Position numbers and translations under genes: made by a program
Shown here: piece by piece, positions 10,528-19,661 of the stretch
How positions within the stretch are numbered: the stretch's first letter is position 1
Layout: each line of letters opens with the position of its first letter
Assembly (NCBI GenBank): GCA_963668175.1
Contig: OY764159.1
Span: forward strand, 2,592,001 to 2,656,000
Source of the DNA: Syntrophales bacterium
Lineage (GTDB): Bacteria; Desulfobacterota; Syntrophia; Syntrophales; PHBD01
DNA: 64,000 nucleotides
Reading direction: 5' to 3'
The notes under the pieces: model-generated
Told to the model about the DNA's origin: nothing
The model's input: the letters and a program-made list of their open reading frames with translations, nothing else
Databases searched by the model: none

Positions 10528-11202
10528 TCAGGGGAAGCCGACCCAGGTCGTGACGCCGGCGGCGGGCAGGCGGCCCGGGGCGATGGTGTTCACGGTTTCT
10601 CCCTCCTTGGGCCAGCCGATGGAAATGGCGATGACGAGGCGCTTCGATTCGGGGATGCCCGCATGCTGACGGACCACGTCGGGATACATGATGCCCTGGT
10701 CGTGGATGCAGGTGCCGAGGCCGTAGCTCATCGCGACGAGGCAGATGTTCTGCATGAGGCCGCCGCAGTCGAGGAGCGGCCCGACGGCGGAGAGCGATTT
10801 ATCGACGGAGACGACGATTGCGGCCGGGGCGTTGAAGAAGCTGAAACCGCGCTCCATCCAGGCGGCCCGCTTCGCCTTGTCCGTCCGCTGGATGTCCATG
10901 ATCTCGAAAATATACTTGGCGAGGTCCACCTGCCGGGTCCGGTAGACGCTGTCGTTCGTCCAGCCGATGACGTCGATCTCCGCGTACGGCGCGATGCCGT
11001 CACGGACCTTCTTCACGTTCCCCTCGATGATCTTCCGGAGGGGTTCCCCGGCAAGGATGGTGAACTCCCACGGCTGCGTGTTCATGGCCGACGGCGCCCG
11101 GACGGCGATCTCCAGGATCTCCGCGATGGTCTCCCTCGGGACCGGGTCGGTCTTGTAGCCCCTTGTGCTCCTGCGCGTCTTGATGGCATCGACAATGTCC
11201 AT
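10528..11202 (-). CDS. Nitroreductase family protein
   Basis: RRSTRGY, APSAMNTQPW, GLGTC motifs. Confidence 0.9.
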   Translation of the reverse strand: MDIVDAIKTRRSTRGYKTDPVPRETIAEILEIAVRAPSAMNTQPWEFTILAGEPLRKIIEGNVKKVRDGIAPYAEIDVIGWTNDSVYRTRQVDLAKYIFEIMDIQRTDKAKRAAWMERGFSFFNAPAAIVVSVDKSLSAVGPLLDCGGLMQNICLVAMSYGLGTCIHDQGIMYPDVVRQHAGIPESKRLVIAISIGWPKEGETVNTIAPGRLPAAGVTTWVGFP

Positions 11203-11560
11203 TCCTGCTCCCCCTTTCGGTATTCTGTATGCGGTGTTGCGATTCGGCGAGTGTGTAGATTGGAAAGCCTTAGCACGAATTCAATGCCGATTACCATCAA
11301 GAAGATGCACGGGGAAAATATTTCTGCGCGGCATCGGCGGCGCGGCGCAGTTGACGGCCGCGGGAAAGTGACGATAATTTCCGGACGATCAGCCGCGGAA
11401 TATCTTTTTAGGAAACTTGTGGGGAGAGAAATGAAAGCGGGAGCAAGTTTTCGTCAGTTTAACCCATAATATTTGGGCAACGTAAACTCCGCAGGAATTT
11501 AGCACATTCTGGTCATTATTAGATAAACCGAACAGTCTAAATATCGAGTCAAGTTGATTT

Positions 11561-12106
11561 TTAGGGTAATTCTATAAAGTGAACAATCTCAGATACCGAA
11601 GACAGACTTCCATCGAAGCTTCCTTCTTGCCGGTACATATCAATCATTATATTCCAGAATTCAATTGTCATCTTTCGAAAACGATTGACTTCATCTAAGG
11701 TCAATCTGTCAAGATCATGATAATTTTGATCAAATTTATTTTTTCCGAAATGCCTTATGATTGCGTAATATTTTAGGAATTCACGAAATGTCTTATTCAA
11801 TTGCTTTTGTTTTGTGCGGTCCGTGCGTGTACGGTGCAATAGATATGAAAACATTTCATGAGGTCGTCCCATATTTTCCTTTTCAGGTGATGGGTTATTC
11901 TGCCCAAGTAATTGCATAAGAGACAATCCTAAAGTTGCAATGATGAATGAGCATCGCTCGGTAAAATGGTCAACGTCATCTATTCCAACTTTTGAAATTA
12001 TATTGGCAAGCTCGTTCCAGGCTTCAGACGCCTTAATTAGTGAATATAATTGTAGGTTGGTATCCGATGAAGTAGTAGGTGAAGACAAATGACAGTAATA
12101 TCTCAT
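11561..12106 (-). CDS. Hypothetical protein, AT-rich (cassette-like)
   Basis: 181-aa ORF in an AT-rich patch starting just after a repeat half-site at 12163-12179. Confidence 0.65.
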   Translation of the reverse strand: MRYYCHLSSPTTSSDTNLQLYSLIKASEAWNELANIISKVGIDDVDHFTERCSFIIATLGLSLMQLLGQNNPSPEKENMGRPHEMFSYLLHRTRTDRTKQKQLNKTFREFLKYYAIIRHFGKNKFDQNYHDLDRLTLDEVNRFRKMTIEFWNIMIDMYRQEGSFDGSLSSVSEIVHFIELP

Positions 12107-12162
12107 TGCCTAATATGTCTCCATTCTTGATTAAGTATCATGACCTATACGAATAATTCCGT

Positions 12163-12179
12163 AATTCCGGGGACACCAT
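12163..12179. repeat. GGGGACA-type inverted-repeat family, site 1 (single arm)
   Basis: AATTCCGGGGACACCAT, essentially the reverse complement of the ATGGTGTCCCCGGAAT arm at ~17809-17824. Confidence 0.7.
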
Positions 12180-12228
12180 TTGATACTGCCGCTGCGTTCG
12201 TTTGCGGAAGAGCGGCGCACTGGACGGG

Positions 12229-13368
12229 TCAGGGCTTCAGATTGGTGTGAATGATCCTCGCGCCGTCGAAGCCGTTGAAGCGGGTGGACGAGGCCGTGCT
12301 GTAGGCGCCGATGTTGTCCGTCAGGAGGTAATCCCCGATTTCCAGGTTTCCCGGAAGCTGCACCGAGAGCGATATCTTGTCGAAGCTGTCGCAGGTCGGC
12401 CCGACCACGGCGCACACCTCTTTTTTCCCGCGCTTGAACGAACTGAAATTGGGCAGCCAGTGGTCGTAGATCACGCCGGAGAAGGTGTGATAGACGCCGT
12501 CGTTGATATAATAGAACAGCTTGCCGTCCCTCCGGGACTTGCCGATGATTTCGGTGATCAGCGTCGCCGCGGTCGCCGCGATGAATCTGCCCGGCTCCGC
12601 GATGATTTCGATATCCTTGGGGAAGAGCCGGTTGCATTCGTCGTCGATGAGGTTCGCCAGCTTCCCGAATTCCGGAACCTGCGAGTCGTAGGGCACGGGA
12701 AATCCCCCGCCGATGTCCAGGATCTTGAGGGAATGCCCCTTCTGCCTGGCGTCTTTCAGGATCGTCGAGGCGATGGCGAGCGCTTCGGTATAATTGTTGA
12801 AGTTCGTGCACTGGCTTCCCACGTGGAAGCTCACCCCTTCGACATCGAGCCCCTCCTCGCTCGCCTTTTGGATCAGATGGTCGGCTTCCGCCGGTTCGGC
12901 CCCGAATTTCGTGCTCATTTCGACCTGCGAGCCGGTATCGGGCACCTTCAGCCTGAGGACCAGGCCGGCCGTGTCGCAGCATTCCTTGATTTTCTTCAAC
13001 TCTTCGATATTGTCGAAGGTGACCAGGGGCCGGTACTGCCTGATTCTGCGGAGCGTCTCCTTGTCCTTGATGGTGTTGGAAAAAATGATCTTGTCCCAGA
13101 TATACGAATGCTGGTCTTCTTCCTCGAAGTGCTTGATGTATTCGTAGATCTGCATGAATTCGTTGTAGGAGGCGACGTCGAAGCTGGACCCCTCGCGGAA
13201 GAGGGTCCCGATGATCTCCGGGTGGGAATTGGCCTTCACCGCGTAATAGCATTGAACCCGGGGCAGGTTCTTCTTGAAGGTCCGGTAATTCTCCCGCAGC
13301 TTCGCGTGGTCCAGGATGAAGAGGGGCGTTCCGTGCGTCTTGATCAGGTCGGTGAGTTGTTTATTCAT
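12229..13368 (-). CDS. Ornithine/lysine decarboxylase (alanine-racemase fold, PLP)
   Basis: YAVKAN, FDVAS, KFGA, HVGSQ, DIGGGF, EPGR, GPTCD. Confidence 0.9.
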   Translation of the reverse strand: MNKQLTDLIKTHGTPLFILDHAKLRENYRTFKKNLPRVQCYYAVKANSHPEIIGTLFREGSSFDVASYNEFMQIYEYIKHFEEEDQHSYIWDKIIFSNTIKDKETLRRIRQYRPLVTFDNIEELKKIKECCDTAGLVLRLKVPDTGSQVEMSTKFGAEPAEADHLIQKASEEGLDVEGVSFHVGSQCTNFNNYTEALAIASTILKDARQKGHSLKILDIGGGFPVPYDSQVPEFGKLANLIDDECNRLFPKDIEIIAEPGRFIAATAATLITEIIGKSRRDGKLFYYINDGVYHTFSGVIYDHWLPNFSSFKRGKKEVCAVVGPTCDSFDKISLSVQLPGNLEIGDYLLTDNIGAYSTASSTRFNGFDGARIIHTNLKP

Positions 13369-14558
13369 TTTCGCTTCTTCGCCGCGAGATTTTTCATGAG
13401 CCGTGTGAGCTCACCGACCTCTTTGTTGTTTTCCAGGTAGGACTCGGCCAGCTTTTCGCGCAGCTCCTCCCCGCGGTCGTAAAGCCTTTTCTGCTTCCTG
13501 GGCTTGGTCGCATGCAGGACGTAGGCGACCATCAGCGGCAGGGCCACCGTGACGTCGAGATAGGCGGTGACCGCCTCTTCCAGCATCGTCGGGTCGATCT
13601 TGCCCCAGCTCGCCGCCTCGCTGGGCGGGGCCCCGGACAATCCGCCCGTATCGGGCCTCGCGTCGGTGACGTTGATGTCGTAATCCTGCCCCACCTCGGG
13701 GATCATGAGGACTTCCTGGATCTGCGGCTCCGTCTGGAGCATGAAATTCTTCGGGCTGCCGCCGCCGATGAGGATCACGCCGGTCTTCCCCTTCTCGTAA
13801 CGCTTGGCGTTCAGGATGATGGCGGTCGAATCGTTGACGTCGATGCTCGGGTTGATCTTCAGTTTGAAGGCGTTCTGCATGCCGGCCGTTTCCGCCAGGA
13901 GTTCCAGGCCGGCGACGTTCATGCCGATGGTGGAGTCGCCGGGCGACGACGTGAACACGGGGATGCCGTTCCGGTAGGCGGCGGCGAGGATGCTCACCTC
14001 TCCGAGTTTGTGTTTCTTTTCGTAGTCGTTCATCGCCTTGCCCAGGTGGTGGTAATATTCGCGGGTTCCCATCTCTTTCTGGAACTCCGGCTGGAGCATG
14101 ATCTTTCTCAAACGGCGGTCCGTCTCCATCAGCACGTCTTCGTAATCGAACAGGATGTCGTAAATCCGGGTCACGCCTTTGTCCCGCAGGTCGGCGTCGC
14201 TCACGGTATGGGAGCCGCGGTGCATGGGCAGGTTGAAGGCGAAGTGCAGGTCGTGGTACATGTTCGCGCCGGTGGCCGTCATCCAGTCGACAAAGCCGTG
14301 ATTCATGAGGGGGATGATCGCCGAAGGCCCCAGCCCCGCCGGGGTCAGCGCACCCGCCAGGCTCAAGCCCACGGTGACGTCGTTCCGGGAATACCTGTCC
14401 CGGAGCAGATGGCAGGCGGCCCGCAGCCGCCCGCCGTTGTAGGCATCCATATTGTCGATCAGTCTGACGATATCCGTCTTCTTCGAGATCGGTTCGGGGA
14501 GGATTCTCTTGCCGCAGAGATATTTCGATTTTCCGGGACATTCGGCTTTTTTCTTCAT
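13365..14558 (-). CDS. Deoxyhypusine synthase-like protein (putative homospermidine synthase)
   Basis: GGGSPKNF, DTGGLSGA.PSEA.SWGK (catalytic Lys position). Overlaps the ODC start by 4 nt. Start 14558 chosen from the upstream AGAAAGG. Confidence 0.85.
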   Translation of the reverse strand: MKKKAECPGKSKYLCGKRILPEPISKKTDIVRLIDNMDAYNGGRLRAACHLLRDRYSRNDVTVGLSLAGALTPAGLGPSAIIPLMNHGFVDWMTATGANMYHDLHFAFNLPMHRGSHTVSDADLRDKGVTRIYDILFDYEDVLMETDRRLRKIMLQPEFQKEMGTREYYHHLGKAMNDYEKKHKLGEVSILAAAYRNGIPVFTSSPGDSTIGMNVAGLELLAETAGMQNAFKLKINPSIDVNDSTAIILNAKRYEKGKTGVILIGGGSPKNFMLQTEPQIQEVLMIPEVGQDYDINVTDARPDTGGLSGAPPSEAASWGKIDPTMLEEAVTAYLDVTVALPLMVAYVLHATKPRKQKRLYDRGEELREKLAESYLENNKEVGELTRLMKNLAAKKRK

Positions 14559-14571
14559 GATCGCCTTTCTG

Positions 14572-14800
14572 ACAGGCCACGCCCCCCGCATGGGGGGTGT
14601 TGAAAAACGCCCATCTGCTGCTTGTCACCTTCAGGTGATGTTGCACTTCTTCCCTCGGATGCTCACGTACCCTTATGTATGCTCCGCTCCTCGGGCCTCG
14701 CGCGCCTTGCATCCGGACATTTTTGAACCCCCTGAAGGGGGCAAGCAGCCTGCGCGCCCCCTGCATAGGGGGTTCAATATCGAGTTTTTCACAAGCTGCC
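14572..14800. repeat. MITE-like intergenic element, copy 1 (with three micro-hairpin insertions)
   Basis: TGTTGAAAAACGCCCATCTG...CACCTTCAGGTGA...GGACATTTTTGAAC...ATCGAGTTTTTCA shared with 25315-25487. Confidence 0.75.
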
Positions 14801-15389
14801 AGAGATATCTGTTCGCTCCTAAATATCGTCCTTTCGGGCAGCACGGGGAAGAATAACAGTCTGCAAAATTGCCATTTCCTATATCGCATTTTGCCGGAAA
14901 ATAAAACCCGTGGAATGCGAAATCTTTCTCTTTGATGTGCGAATCCCGGGGGGATCGCCCGATGCGGCGCCTTATCTCGTCAGGGCCGGGCGGGAAAAAT
15001 GCGGGCGGAAATGTGCGTTGCGTCACAGCCGGTTGCACGGAAATATGGCACCATCGTTTCCAACGGGGATAATCAGGGCTTTGCGGCGGACAATTAAGGC
15101 ATCCCCCGATGGAGAAGCGGTTACGGATCGGACCATAATAGAGAGGCGGCGAGCAATCGCAACATGAACCCAGGCCTGGGAAGGCAAGGGGGGGCGCCAA
15201 AGGGGGGCATACACATGGACGGGCAGAAGAGAATGGAACCGAAGCGGGAGACGAAACAGGATACCAAGCGGCGTCTGACGAGGGTGCATGCCTATCCGGG
15301 GCCGGTTTTCCTGGCCGCGGCCAAACAGGTATCGGAAGCCCTGTACAGGGACCTGGGACGATTCACCCGAACCGCCAGGTAGCCGAACC

Positions 15390-15488
15390 ATTCCGGGGAT
15401 GCCATCCCCCCTGGTCAGGGGACGCGGTACACAATGATTTATCCTTCCCGGAAGTCAATCATTAAATAAGTGCGATGTCCCGAGAATT
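15390..15488. repeat. GGGGACA-type inverted-repeat family, site 2
   Basis: ATTCCGGGGATGCC...CCCCTGGTCAGGGG...AATAAGTGCGATGTCCCGAGAATT. Confidence 0.7.
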
Positions 15489-15510
15489 CTTTCGGCAAAG
15501 GACGGAAAAT

Positions 15511-15543
15511 AGAAAAGGCAGCACCGGGAACGGTGCTGCCTTT
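15511..15543 (-). terminator. Rho-independent terminator of PEP-CTERM gene
   Basis: 13-bp perfect stem AAAGGCAGCACCG/CGGTGCTGCCTTT. Confidence 0.75.
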
Positions 15544-15571
15544 GTGTTTGAACCGGACCAAAGGGAGTGTG

Positions 15572-16183
15572 CTATTTATGAAACTTCTTTCCGGCTGCCG
15601 TTGCGCCGAGCAGGCCGAGGCCCAAAAGCAGGACCGTAGACGGTTCGGGAACGGCCTGCGTGGTCTCCATGATCGCCGGGCCCGATAAGCACTCTACCGT
15701 TTCCATGGTATACTCATAGGCGCCGACATAAGTGATCGCCATGGCGCTGTTCGTGCCCAGGCTAACGCCGTCGGCCCGGAAACTGAAAGTGGCGGCAGAG
15801 CCCGTCTGGTAGACGGAACTCGGGTCCACGCCCCACCAGTACAACCATTCATACCCCGACGCGAGCGTTACAGGCACAAAGTAGGACGAAGCGCTCGGCG
15901 ACCAGTCGGCCGGGGCAATAATGGCCGTCCAGTACCCGCCGCCGGCCGGATTGTAAGCCGCCGGACTGGTGACATTCGCCAGGCTGACCGACCCCGTGGG
16001 CACCATGACGAAGAAGCCGTCCAACCCTTGGGACGCGCCGTTATTGGTCACCGTATAGGTGAAGTTATAGGAATCGCTGTCAATTTGAGTAATGGTTTCC
16101 TGGACGGTATAGGAACCCGCCGAAACCGTACTGCCGATCAGGAGCAATCCCGCGATTAAAAAGAACATGAATCTCTTCTTCAT
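15572..16183 (-). CDS. PEP-CTERM sorting domain protein
   Basis: Signal peptide; VPEPST + TM helix + KKFHK. Confidence 0.9.
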   Translation of the reverse strand: MKKRFMFFLIAGLLLIGSTVSAGSYTVQETITQIDSDSYNFTYTVTNNGASQGLDGFFVMVPTGSVSLANVTSPAAYNPAGGGYWTAIIAPADWSPSASSYFVPVTLASGYEWLYWWGVDPSSVYQTGSAATFSFRADGVSLGTNSAMAITYVGAYEYTMETVECLSGPAIMETTQAVPEPSTVLLLGLGLLGATAAGKKFHK

Positions 16184-16246
16184 TTGAATACCCCTCCTCC
16201 GCTGTAATATGATGGCTCACCTGATTTAACTCCCGTGGCGACATGT

Positions 16247-16343
16247 AGCAAATAAGGTGCCATGCGCATAAGTGATGAATATTTTAACTTATCGCGAAAT
16301 GTCGGCCGAGCCGGTCCGTCCGACGGTGTAAAAAAAGCCGACA
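16247..16343 (-). promoter_or_regulatory. Sigma54 promoter plus upstream 17-bp box
   Basis: Minus-strand TGGCACCTTATTTGCT (16262-16247) and TGTCGGCTTTTTTTACA (16343-16327). Confidence 0.75.
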
Positions 16344-16618
16344 GCAGCGACAGGGCGGGGCTGACGCCGATGCGGCGATTATCGAATCGGCACAAGGAGT
16401 AGGGCGGATGGAGGCGACTGTAAAATAAAAGGGCGCCGTGTTGGATTCCTTTACAGGTGGGGCATGGGAAGATCGGTATTATTTTGTGAAGAATTGTAAA
16501 CGCTGTCCGGGCGCGGGTTGAGAGAACGGGGTACGGTCCTGGAAGGCATGCGAAGGGGTGCGGGACGGCGCGATCAACCATTGTTTCCCGTTTGTTTTCG
16601 CAGGCTTCATGATCTTCG

Positions 16619-16921
16619 TCAGGGCCGCGTGTTTCCGCAGTTCCAGCACTCTGTGAATTGCCCCTCGATATCCTCGCCGCACGAATTGCATGTCCAGCCG
16701 GCTATTTCTTTTTCTGTAAGCGCTTCGTCCACAATGCGCATCGCTTCCGGGAAATCGTCGTCAATTACACATAGCCGAGGCCAGCACTCTATCGGCGGAA
16801 GCTCGCCGATCCCCGCGGAGAGAAATTCATTTTTTATCCAGCATTTGATCCCGTTTGCTTCCAGGATGTTCTGAAATATACTGACAAGCGGGAGGGTCGG
16901 TGCGCTGTAAACGGTCTTCAT
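16619..16921 (-). CDS. DUF2007-like protein with C-terminal RanBP2-type zinc ribbon
   Basis: LEANGI.C.IKNE..GELP...W; WTCNSC..EGQFTECWNCG. Confidence 0.75.
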   Translation of the reverse strand: MKTVYSAPTLPLVSIFQNILEANGIKCWIKNEFLSAGIGELPPIECWPRLCVIDDDFPEAMRIVDEALTEKEIAGWTCNSCGEDIEGQFTECWNCGNTRP

Positions 16922-16958
16922 TTTCTCTCTCCGGTTTGCCTTCTTGATGCATCCGAAT

Positions 16959-17023
16959 AATTCCGGGAACAAGCATACTAAATTGAGGAAAAATCGGAAT
17001 ACCGGAACGATGTCACCAGAATT
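16959..17023. repeat. GGGGACA-type inverted-repeat family, site 3
   Basis: AATTCCGGGAACAAGCATACTAAATTGAGGAAAAATCG...GATGTCACCAGAATT. Confidence 0.7.
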
Positions 17024-17053
17024 ATTGTGGAAAACATGATAGTGAACCAGTTT

Positions 17054-17338
17054 TCATGCCGCTGTTTTCAGCGTAACATGCATGCCGGCCCTCGTGGCAA
17101 GAGTGACAAGCATTTCAAGACTGAATCGCTCCCATTTGCCTCTAATCAGATCCGATATCCTGGACTGACTAACACATAGCATTTTCGCAGCATTGGTCTG
17201 TGTAAGTTTCCGGGTTTCGATGAACTTGCGAAGCTTGTCCATAAGATCGGCACGCATCTGAAGAATAGCGGCCTCTTCCTGAGAATATCCAAGATCGATA
17301 AATACATTGCCGGAAGACTTGATAATCGCGTTCTTCAT
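17054..17338 (-). CDS. XRE-family HTH antitoxin (HigA-like)
   Basis: SSGNVFIDLG; LTQ..AA..L.VSQSRISDL.RGK..RFSL. Confidence 0.85.
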   Translation of the reverse strand: MKNAIIKSSGNVFIDLGYSQEEAAILQMRADLMDKLRKFIETRKLTQTNAAKMLCVSQSRISDLIRGKWERFSLEMLVTLATRAGMHVTLKTAA

Positions 17339-17341
17339 AAA

Positions 17342-17662
17342 TTATCCTCCCATTTGCCTGTAGCGCTGGCGAGTCAAATCGATATCCTGCCGCCTTGTTT
17401 TTCTTGTTTTCTTTTGAAATGCGTGAAGCACATAAACGGCATCGCGAAGATTGGCTATATAGATAACCCGCCACTCCCCAAGAAAATGAATACGAATTTC
17501 TTTAACGCCGGAGCCGACAGCCTGTATTGGCTTCCAGTCGCTTGGTTCAAGTCCCGACTGAATGGCGTGGAGTTCAAAACCGGCAGCCCGTCTTGCTTCA
17601 TCGGGGAAGTTCCGGAGATCTTCCAGACTCGATCACACGAATTTCAACGGTTTCATCTTCAT
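17342..17662 (-). pseudogene. RelE/HigB (Gp49-like) toxin interrupted by a premature TGA
   Basis: MKMKPLKFV*SSLEDLRNFP...DWKP..GVKEIRI...RVIY...YVLHAFQKKT; TGA at 17633-17635. Confidence 0.8.
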
Positions 17663-17701
17663 GGCGCCATTATATAAGTTTTTGTATATTTGGCAAGAAT
17701 A

Positions 17702-17825
17702 AATTCCCGGTCAATGAATACCCGGGGTTCCGGGGACGCAATCCCCCCTGGTCCGGGGACACGTTTCCTAGTCAGGGGGCAGTGTTCCCGGAAATTCTCG
17801 AATTAAGTATGGTGTCCCCGGAATC
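17702..17825. repeat. GGGGACA-type inverted-repeat family, site 4 (compound)
   Basis: Several TCCGGGGAC arms, a CCTAGTCAGGGG motif and the right arm AATTAAGTATGGTGTCCCCGGAAT. Confidence 0.75.
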
Positions 17826-17876
17826 GTTAATAGGAATTGCCGTGAATTATGGTTTGAAGGAAAGTTATGCGGCCGA

Positions 17877-18713
17877 TTAATCTGACGGCTTGGCATTCGG
17901 CTGTATGGGTTTGTTAGAAGTGCCATATGGTTCTTGACGGCACAACTTGAACCACTCGCACGCTATCCCTCGAAACGGCTTATAAGGTTTATTGTTCTGA
18001 ATTGCGTGAACCTGATTCCATGGTATGAAGTGATATGAATTTCTGTCGTCGAGGATCAGTACCCCCTTTTCAAAAGTTCTCAGAATATTTCCCGAAACTG
18101 AGGCAGATGGTGCACTTCGTTCTATGGTTACCTTGGAAGGTTTACGGACGGTCGCATCTAACGCAGCATTGTATCCACTAAAAAATGCGACAATTACGAT
18201 AATAGGTAAGAATGTGAATCCAAACTGAACTTGTCTACTACGACGAATTTTAATGAGGGGAGCCGCGTAACACCACTCCGCAAATCCCATCCACACAATC
18301 GATAACATCAAAGGTAGTATAGACGCAAAAACATCCCCAATCAACACATAGATAATCACATAAAGTGGTGCCGTCCAGGCCATTAATTTCCATGGGCCTT
18401 CTCGAAACTTTCGCATCCGTTCCGGATTAGAAGCAGACTCAATAATTTCCTTTTCATTTAGCCCTCGTTCTATTCTCTTGAACTGGAATTCAATAGCAAC
18501 ACTACCAAGAAGAAAGAATAGAAGGTATGGAAACCATAGTAGGCCACTCCGAAAATGATCAGTGGTCGTTGTATGCAATTTCGCAAAATCTAAGCCCAAA
18601 GCGTAAAAGAAGCCCCAATCGTAAATGACAGAAACGACAAATCCGGCGGCAACTGCAACGGCAACGCCTTCTGCAAGGGTGCCCAAAGATATAGCTTTAT
18701 ATTCACTTAGCAT
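17877..18713 (-). CDS. Hypothetical multi-pass membrane protein, AT-rich cassette
   Basis: 278-aa ORF with several hydrophobic segments; bounded by sites 4 and 5. Confidence 0.75.
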   Translation of the reverse strand: MLSEYKAISLGTLAEGVAVAVAAGFVVSVIYDWGFFYALGLDFAKLHTTTTDHFRSGLLWFPYLLFFLLGSVAIEFQFKRIERGLNEKEIIESASNPERMRKFREGPWKLMAWTAPLYVIIYVLIGDVFASILPLMLSIVWMGFAEWCYAAPLIKIRRSRQVQFGFTFLPIIVIVAFFSGYNAALDATVRKPSKVTIERSAPSASVSGNILRTFEKGVLILDDRNSYHFIPWNQVHAIQNNKPYKPFRGIACEWFKLCRQEPYGTSNKPIQPNAKPSD

Positions 18714-18725
18714 AAAAAATCACAT

Positions 18726-18811
18726 AACTCTGGAGACATCCATACTAAATAAAGGGAAAAATCGATCAATAAGTCCGCGTCCCCTGACTAGGGGGTGGTG
18801 TCTCCGGAATT
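18726..18811. repeat. GGGGACA-type inverted-repeat family, site 5
   Basis: AACTCTGGAGACATCCATACT...AAAAATCGATCAATAAGT-CCGCGTCCCCTGACTAGGGG-GTGGTGTCTCCGGAATT. Confidence 0.8.
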
Positions 18812-19153
18812 CTTTTGACACGAATCCAAGTTCCTCTTTTCGATTTTAGTTGCTGAAAGAATATCTTTTAATAGACCTAATACGTATGTGTAAAAGAGAA
18901 TTGCCGCCGCAAGAAAAAAACCCGATTTGCCTGTCGCGTAATAATGACTACCAATAATCATAAGAACAGCTATTAATTTTAAGAATTCAATTTGAAAATA
19001 ACCATATTTTTCATGAAATTTAAAGTATTTATTATCTATTGAATGATGATGCTTTTTCGCATAGTAGAGTAAAATTGCATCTAGAAAATAAAATACTATC
19101 AATGAATATTCGATAAATGAATCAAGTATCGATATATACTCTGTTAATTTCAT
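18788..19153 (-). CDS. Hypothetical small membrane protein, very AT-rich cassette
   Basis: 121-aa hydrophobic ORF; last codons and TAG stop lie inside site 5. Confidence 0.6.
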   Translation of the reverse strand: MKLTEYISILDSFIEYSLIVFYFLDAILLYYAKKHHHSIDNKYFKFHEKYGYFQIEFLKLIAVLMIIGSHYYATGKSGFFLAAAILFYTYVLGLLKDILSATKIEKRNLDSCQKNSGDTTP

Positions 19154-19167
19154 GAGGCCTCATTAAT

Positions 19168-19257
19168 AATTCTGGAAACACCATACTCAATAGAGGCAAA
19201 AATCGATCAATAAGTACCGCGCGCGCCCCCGGACTAGGGGGTGGTATGCCCGAGATT
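19168..19257. repeat. GGGGACA-type inverted-repeat family, site 6
   Basis: AATTCTGGAAACACCATACT...AAAAATCGATCAATAAGT...CCCCGGACTAGGGGGTGGTATGCCCGAGATT; near-copy of site 5. Confidence 0.8.
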
Positions 19258-19430
19258 GTTGACATATCGTTAGCCGATAAGTATCAAAGTATGAAAATAC
19301 ACATATATTTTATATAATCCATTGCCCTTGTCAAGCGTCTAATTCGCGGCAACGGACTTATACGCGGTTCCTGGCGGTGCATTGCGCGGGTGAGCCTGCG
19401 GGAGTGTTAACGGCAAAATGAATGAGCCCC
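19258..19430 (-). promoter_or_regulatory. Duplicated leader block with leftward sigma70 promoter, copy 1
   Basis: Minus-strand TTGACA (19334-19329)-N16-TAAAAT (19312-19307); block is homologous to 27568-27735. Confidence 0.65.
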
Positions 19431-19590
19431 CCCCGGAGTGCGGCGCGTTTGATTCGCGTAATCCGGGGCGGCGTCTGCGGCGGGAATTAGGGGAGGATAG
19501 AAAGATAACGCCCGTTCTGCCGGGGCGGCTTCGCGGCGTGGGCGTGGACTTCGAGGGAGCTTTGGGGATTCCGGCCGACGCTCGATGCGC

Positions 19591-19645
19591 CAAATAGAAA
19601 CGGCCCCCGTACCGGTTCGTCGCCCGGCGGCGGGGGCCGCATCCA
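19591..19645 (-). terminator. Repeated terminator-like hairpin, copy 2 of 3
   Basis: Minus strand GCGGCCCCCG...CGGGGGCCGT-TTCTATTT just after the stop at 19662. Confidence 0.7.
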
Positions 19646-19661
19646 GGAATTGTATCGCACA

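Noticed and set aside
17633..17635. Selenocysteine in the toxin gene
   Set aside because: The position corresponds to Gly, not Cys, in this toxin family; a nonsense mutation is simpler.
16959..19257. Canonical integron
   Set aside because: No intI in the window, and the separating sites lack RYYYAAC...GTTRRRY attC structure.
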